From Squalus acanthias (taxonomy: Eukaryota), in the NCBI GenBank assembly GCA_030390025.1, contig CM059431.1, positions 113,586,001 to 113,650,000 on the forward strand: a stretch of DNA of 64,000 nucleotides. The letters are read 5' to 3'. Position 1 is the first letter of the stretch. Each line of letters begins with the position of its first letter. The notes under the pieces are model-generated. The model made no database searches. It was not told where the DNA came from and was given only the letters and a program-made list of their open reading frames with translations. Positions 61,585 through 64,000 of the stretch are shown here, piece after piece. The position numbers were made by a program, and so were the translations under genes.

Positions 61585-63356
61585 GAAGCCATCGTCATAC
61601 AGAACAGAATGGACTATTGCAAAGAAGCATACCGACAACTGGACAACCTGGAACACTACAGACAGTTACCCGCAGATCCGACCAAAGAACACACCCGCCA
61701 ACTCAATAGACTGATCAAGACCTTCGATCCAGACCTTCAAAGCATCCTACGCGCTCTCATCCCACGTACTCCCCGCGTGGGAGACTTCTACTGCCTCCCA
61801 AAGATACACAAAGCCAACACACCCGGACGTCCTATCGTATCAGGCAACGGAACCCTGTGTGAGAACCTCTCTGGATACGTCGAGGGCATCCTGAAACCCA
61901 TCGTACAGGGAACCCCCAGCTTCTGCCGTGACACCACAGACTTCTTACAGAAACTCAGCACCCACGGACCAGTTGAACCAGGAACACTCCTCGCCACGAT
62001 GGACGTATCGGCACTCTACACCAGTATCCCCCACGATGACGGCATCGCTGCGACAGCCTCAGTACTCAACACCAACAACAGCCAATCTCCAGACGCCATC
62101 CTACAACTCATCCGCTTCATCCTTGACCACAATGTCTTCACCTTCGACAACCATTTTTTTACCCAAACACACGGAACAGCCATGGGGACCAAATTCGCAC
62201 CCCAATACGCCAACATCTTCATGCACAAGTTCGAGCAAGACTTCTTCGCTGCACAGGACCTCCAGCCAACGCTGTACACCAGATACATCGACGACATTTT
62301 CTTCCTTTGGACCCATGGTGAAGGATCACTGAAAAGACTACACGATAACATAAACAAGTTCCATACCACCATCAAACTCACCATGGACTACTCCTCAGAA
62401 TCGGTTTCATTCCTGGACACACGAATCTCCATCAAAGACGGACACCTCAGCACTTCACTCTACCGCAAGCCCACGGACAACCTCACGATGCTCCACTTCT
62501 CCAGCTTCCACCCTAACCACGTTAAAGAAGCCATCCCCTATGGACAAGCCCTGCGAATACACAGGATCTGCTCAGACGAGGAGGAACGCGATGGACACCT
62601 ACGGACGCTGAAAAACGCCCTCGTAAGAACGGGATATGACGCTCGACTCATCAATCGACAGTTCCGACGGGCCACAGCGAAAATCGCATAGACCTCCTCA
62701 GAAGGCAAACACGGGACACAACCAACAGGGTACCCTACGTCGTCCAGTACTTCCCCAGAGCGGAGAAACTACGCCATGTTCTTCGCAGCCTTCAACATGT
62801 CATCGATGACGACGAACACCTCGCTAAGGCCATCCCCACGCCTCCACTACTTGCCTTCAAACAGCCGCCTAACCTCAGAAGTACCATCGTTCGCAGCAAA
62901 TTACCCAGCTTTCAGGATAACAGCGACCACGACACCACACAACCCTGCCACGGCAACCTCTGCAAGACATGCCAGATCATCAACACAGATACCATCATCA
63001 CACGTGAGGACACTACCCACCAGGTACATGGTACATACTCATGTGACTTGGCCAACGTTGTCTACCTCATACGTTGCAGGAAAGAATGCACCACGGCATG
63101 GTACATCGGTGAGACCATGCAGACACTGAGACAACGTATGAACGGACACCACGCAACAATCACCAGGCAGGAGTCTTCCCTCCCAGTCGGGGAACACTTC
63201 AGCAGTCAAGGACATTCAGCCTCGGCTCTGCGGGTAAGCGTTCTCCAAGGCGGCCTTAGAAACACACGACAACGCAAAATCATCGAGCAGAAACTGATAG
63301 CCAAGTTCTGCACTCATGAGGACGGCCTCAACCGGGATCTTGGGTTTATGTCATGA
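61585..63356 (+). pseudogene. Penelope RT plus GIY-YIG endonuclease, N-terminally truncated, one frameshift near 62683
   Basis: LPKIHK, GRPIVS, MDVSALYT, GTAMGTKFAP and RYIDD (RT). Cys-rich linker CHGNLCKTC. VVYLIRC...WYIGET...RMNGH (GIY-YIG). Confidence 0.93.
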
Positions 63357-63680
63357 TACATGACGTGATCCAGACTCGAGTCGTCGTTGGCTTGTTCACA
63401 GATGTGATTCCCAGTAAAAAAGTAAAAATTTTAAAGTTTATCGTTTCCCATACCGACTGCGGCTTTTGACACATTGGACCCCCTGTGGCTCCACCTCATT
63501 GTCTCAGTTGTATCTTGCTATGTCTTTGATGTGGTACCTTCCTGGCTGACCTGATTGCCTTTTGTCACACCTCGGCAGATAAACAGTCAGGATGATTTAA
63601 ATGTAGTCGTCTGCTATTGTAAGTTACACATGCATTGTTCTCTATCTATATATACTTTGTCAACTCTGTATTTCTTTACT

Positions 63681-63718
63681 TCACCTGAGGAAGGGGTGTA
63701 AGCTCCGAAAGCTTGTGA
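63681..63718 (+). ncRNA. Minimal type I hammerhead ribozyme
   Basis: TCAC-CTGAGGA-A-GGGGT-GTAA-GCTCC-GAA-AGCT-T-GTGA. Cores intact, palindromic helix III AGCT, helix I TCAC/GTGA. Predicted cleavage between 63714 and 63715. Confidence 0.82.
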
Positions 63719-64000
63719 TTTCAAATAAAACTGTTGGACTATAACCTGGTGTTGTGCGACTTCTCACTATTTTTGTAATAATTCATTGAAAATATGAAAG
63801 TGCAACTTGTTCCTTCAATTATATTTGAAAGTTCACATGCATTTCAAACTGGTCTTTTAGCAGCAAAAATGTGGCGTAAAATAACAAAAGAAAAAAGAAA
63901 ATTAAACACATGTAATATATTTGACTGAAAAACTGGAAAATTCAGACCAAACTTAATATGAAAATGAAAGTCCAGGTGTTGAGTTCTAAACCAATGTGAA

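Larger units (their letters stand above)
61205..63766 (+). mobile_element. Penelope-like element (Neptune-type, family B), 5'-truncated with an inverted pseudo-LTR
   Basis: 338-bp inverted repeats (61247-61584, 63429-63766), a 42-bp tail on the left copy only, and TSD CTATTTTTGTA (61194-61204, 63767-63777). Confidence 0.93.

Noticed and set aside
1..64000. CRISPR arrays, operons or other prokaryotic systems, and the many short ORFs in the track
   Set aside because: No repeat-spacer array was seen, and the DNA is vertebrate-like. The short ORFs are mostly antisense or off-frame readings of TEs.

Overview
This is a eukaryotic, vertebrate-like window, most likely from a cartilaginous fish (shark): it has Deu-domain tRNA-SINEs resembling SacSINE1, CR1 LINEs with TTCTATG-type tails and Neptune-type Penelope elements. 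It is dominated by nested transposable elements, and no confident host gene was found. Elements with boundaries supported by terminal repeats or target-site duplications (TSDs): (1) a Tigger/pogo transposon (9260-14628) split by two related solo LTRs in opposite orientation; (2) a near-full-length CR1 and many CR1/L2-type fragments; (3) a solo LTR (22697-24185); (4) a Mag-type Gypsy provirus (27550-35998) with three younger inserts; (5) a full-length two-gene PIF/Harbinger (44020-48338) and at least four Harbinger MITE families; (6) Penelope-like elements with minimal hammerhead ribozymes. Three observations stand out. A 165-bp ORF-less Penelope insertion (43001-43165) is a perfect 62-bp hairpin whose fold-back point coincides with the predicted hammerhead cleavage site. 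A MITE family has internal hairpins with compensatory base changes and a cluster of consensus 5' splice sites. The two solo LTRs inside the Tigger form a convergent inverted pair. All identities and structures were read by eye and need computational confirmation.
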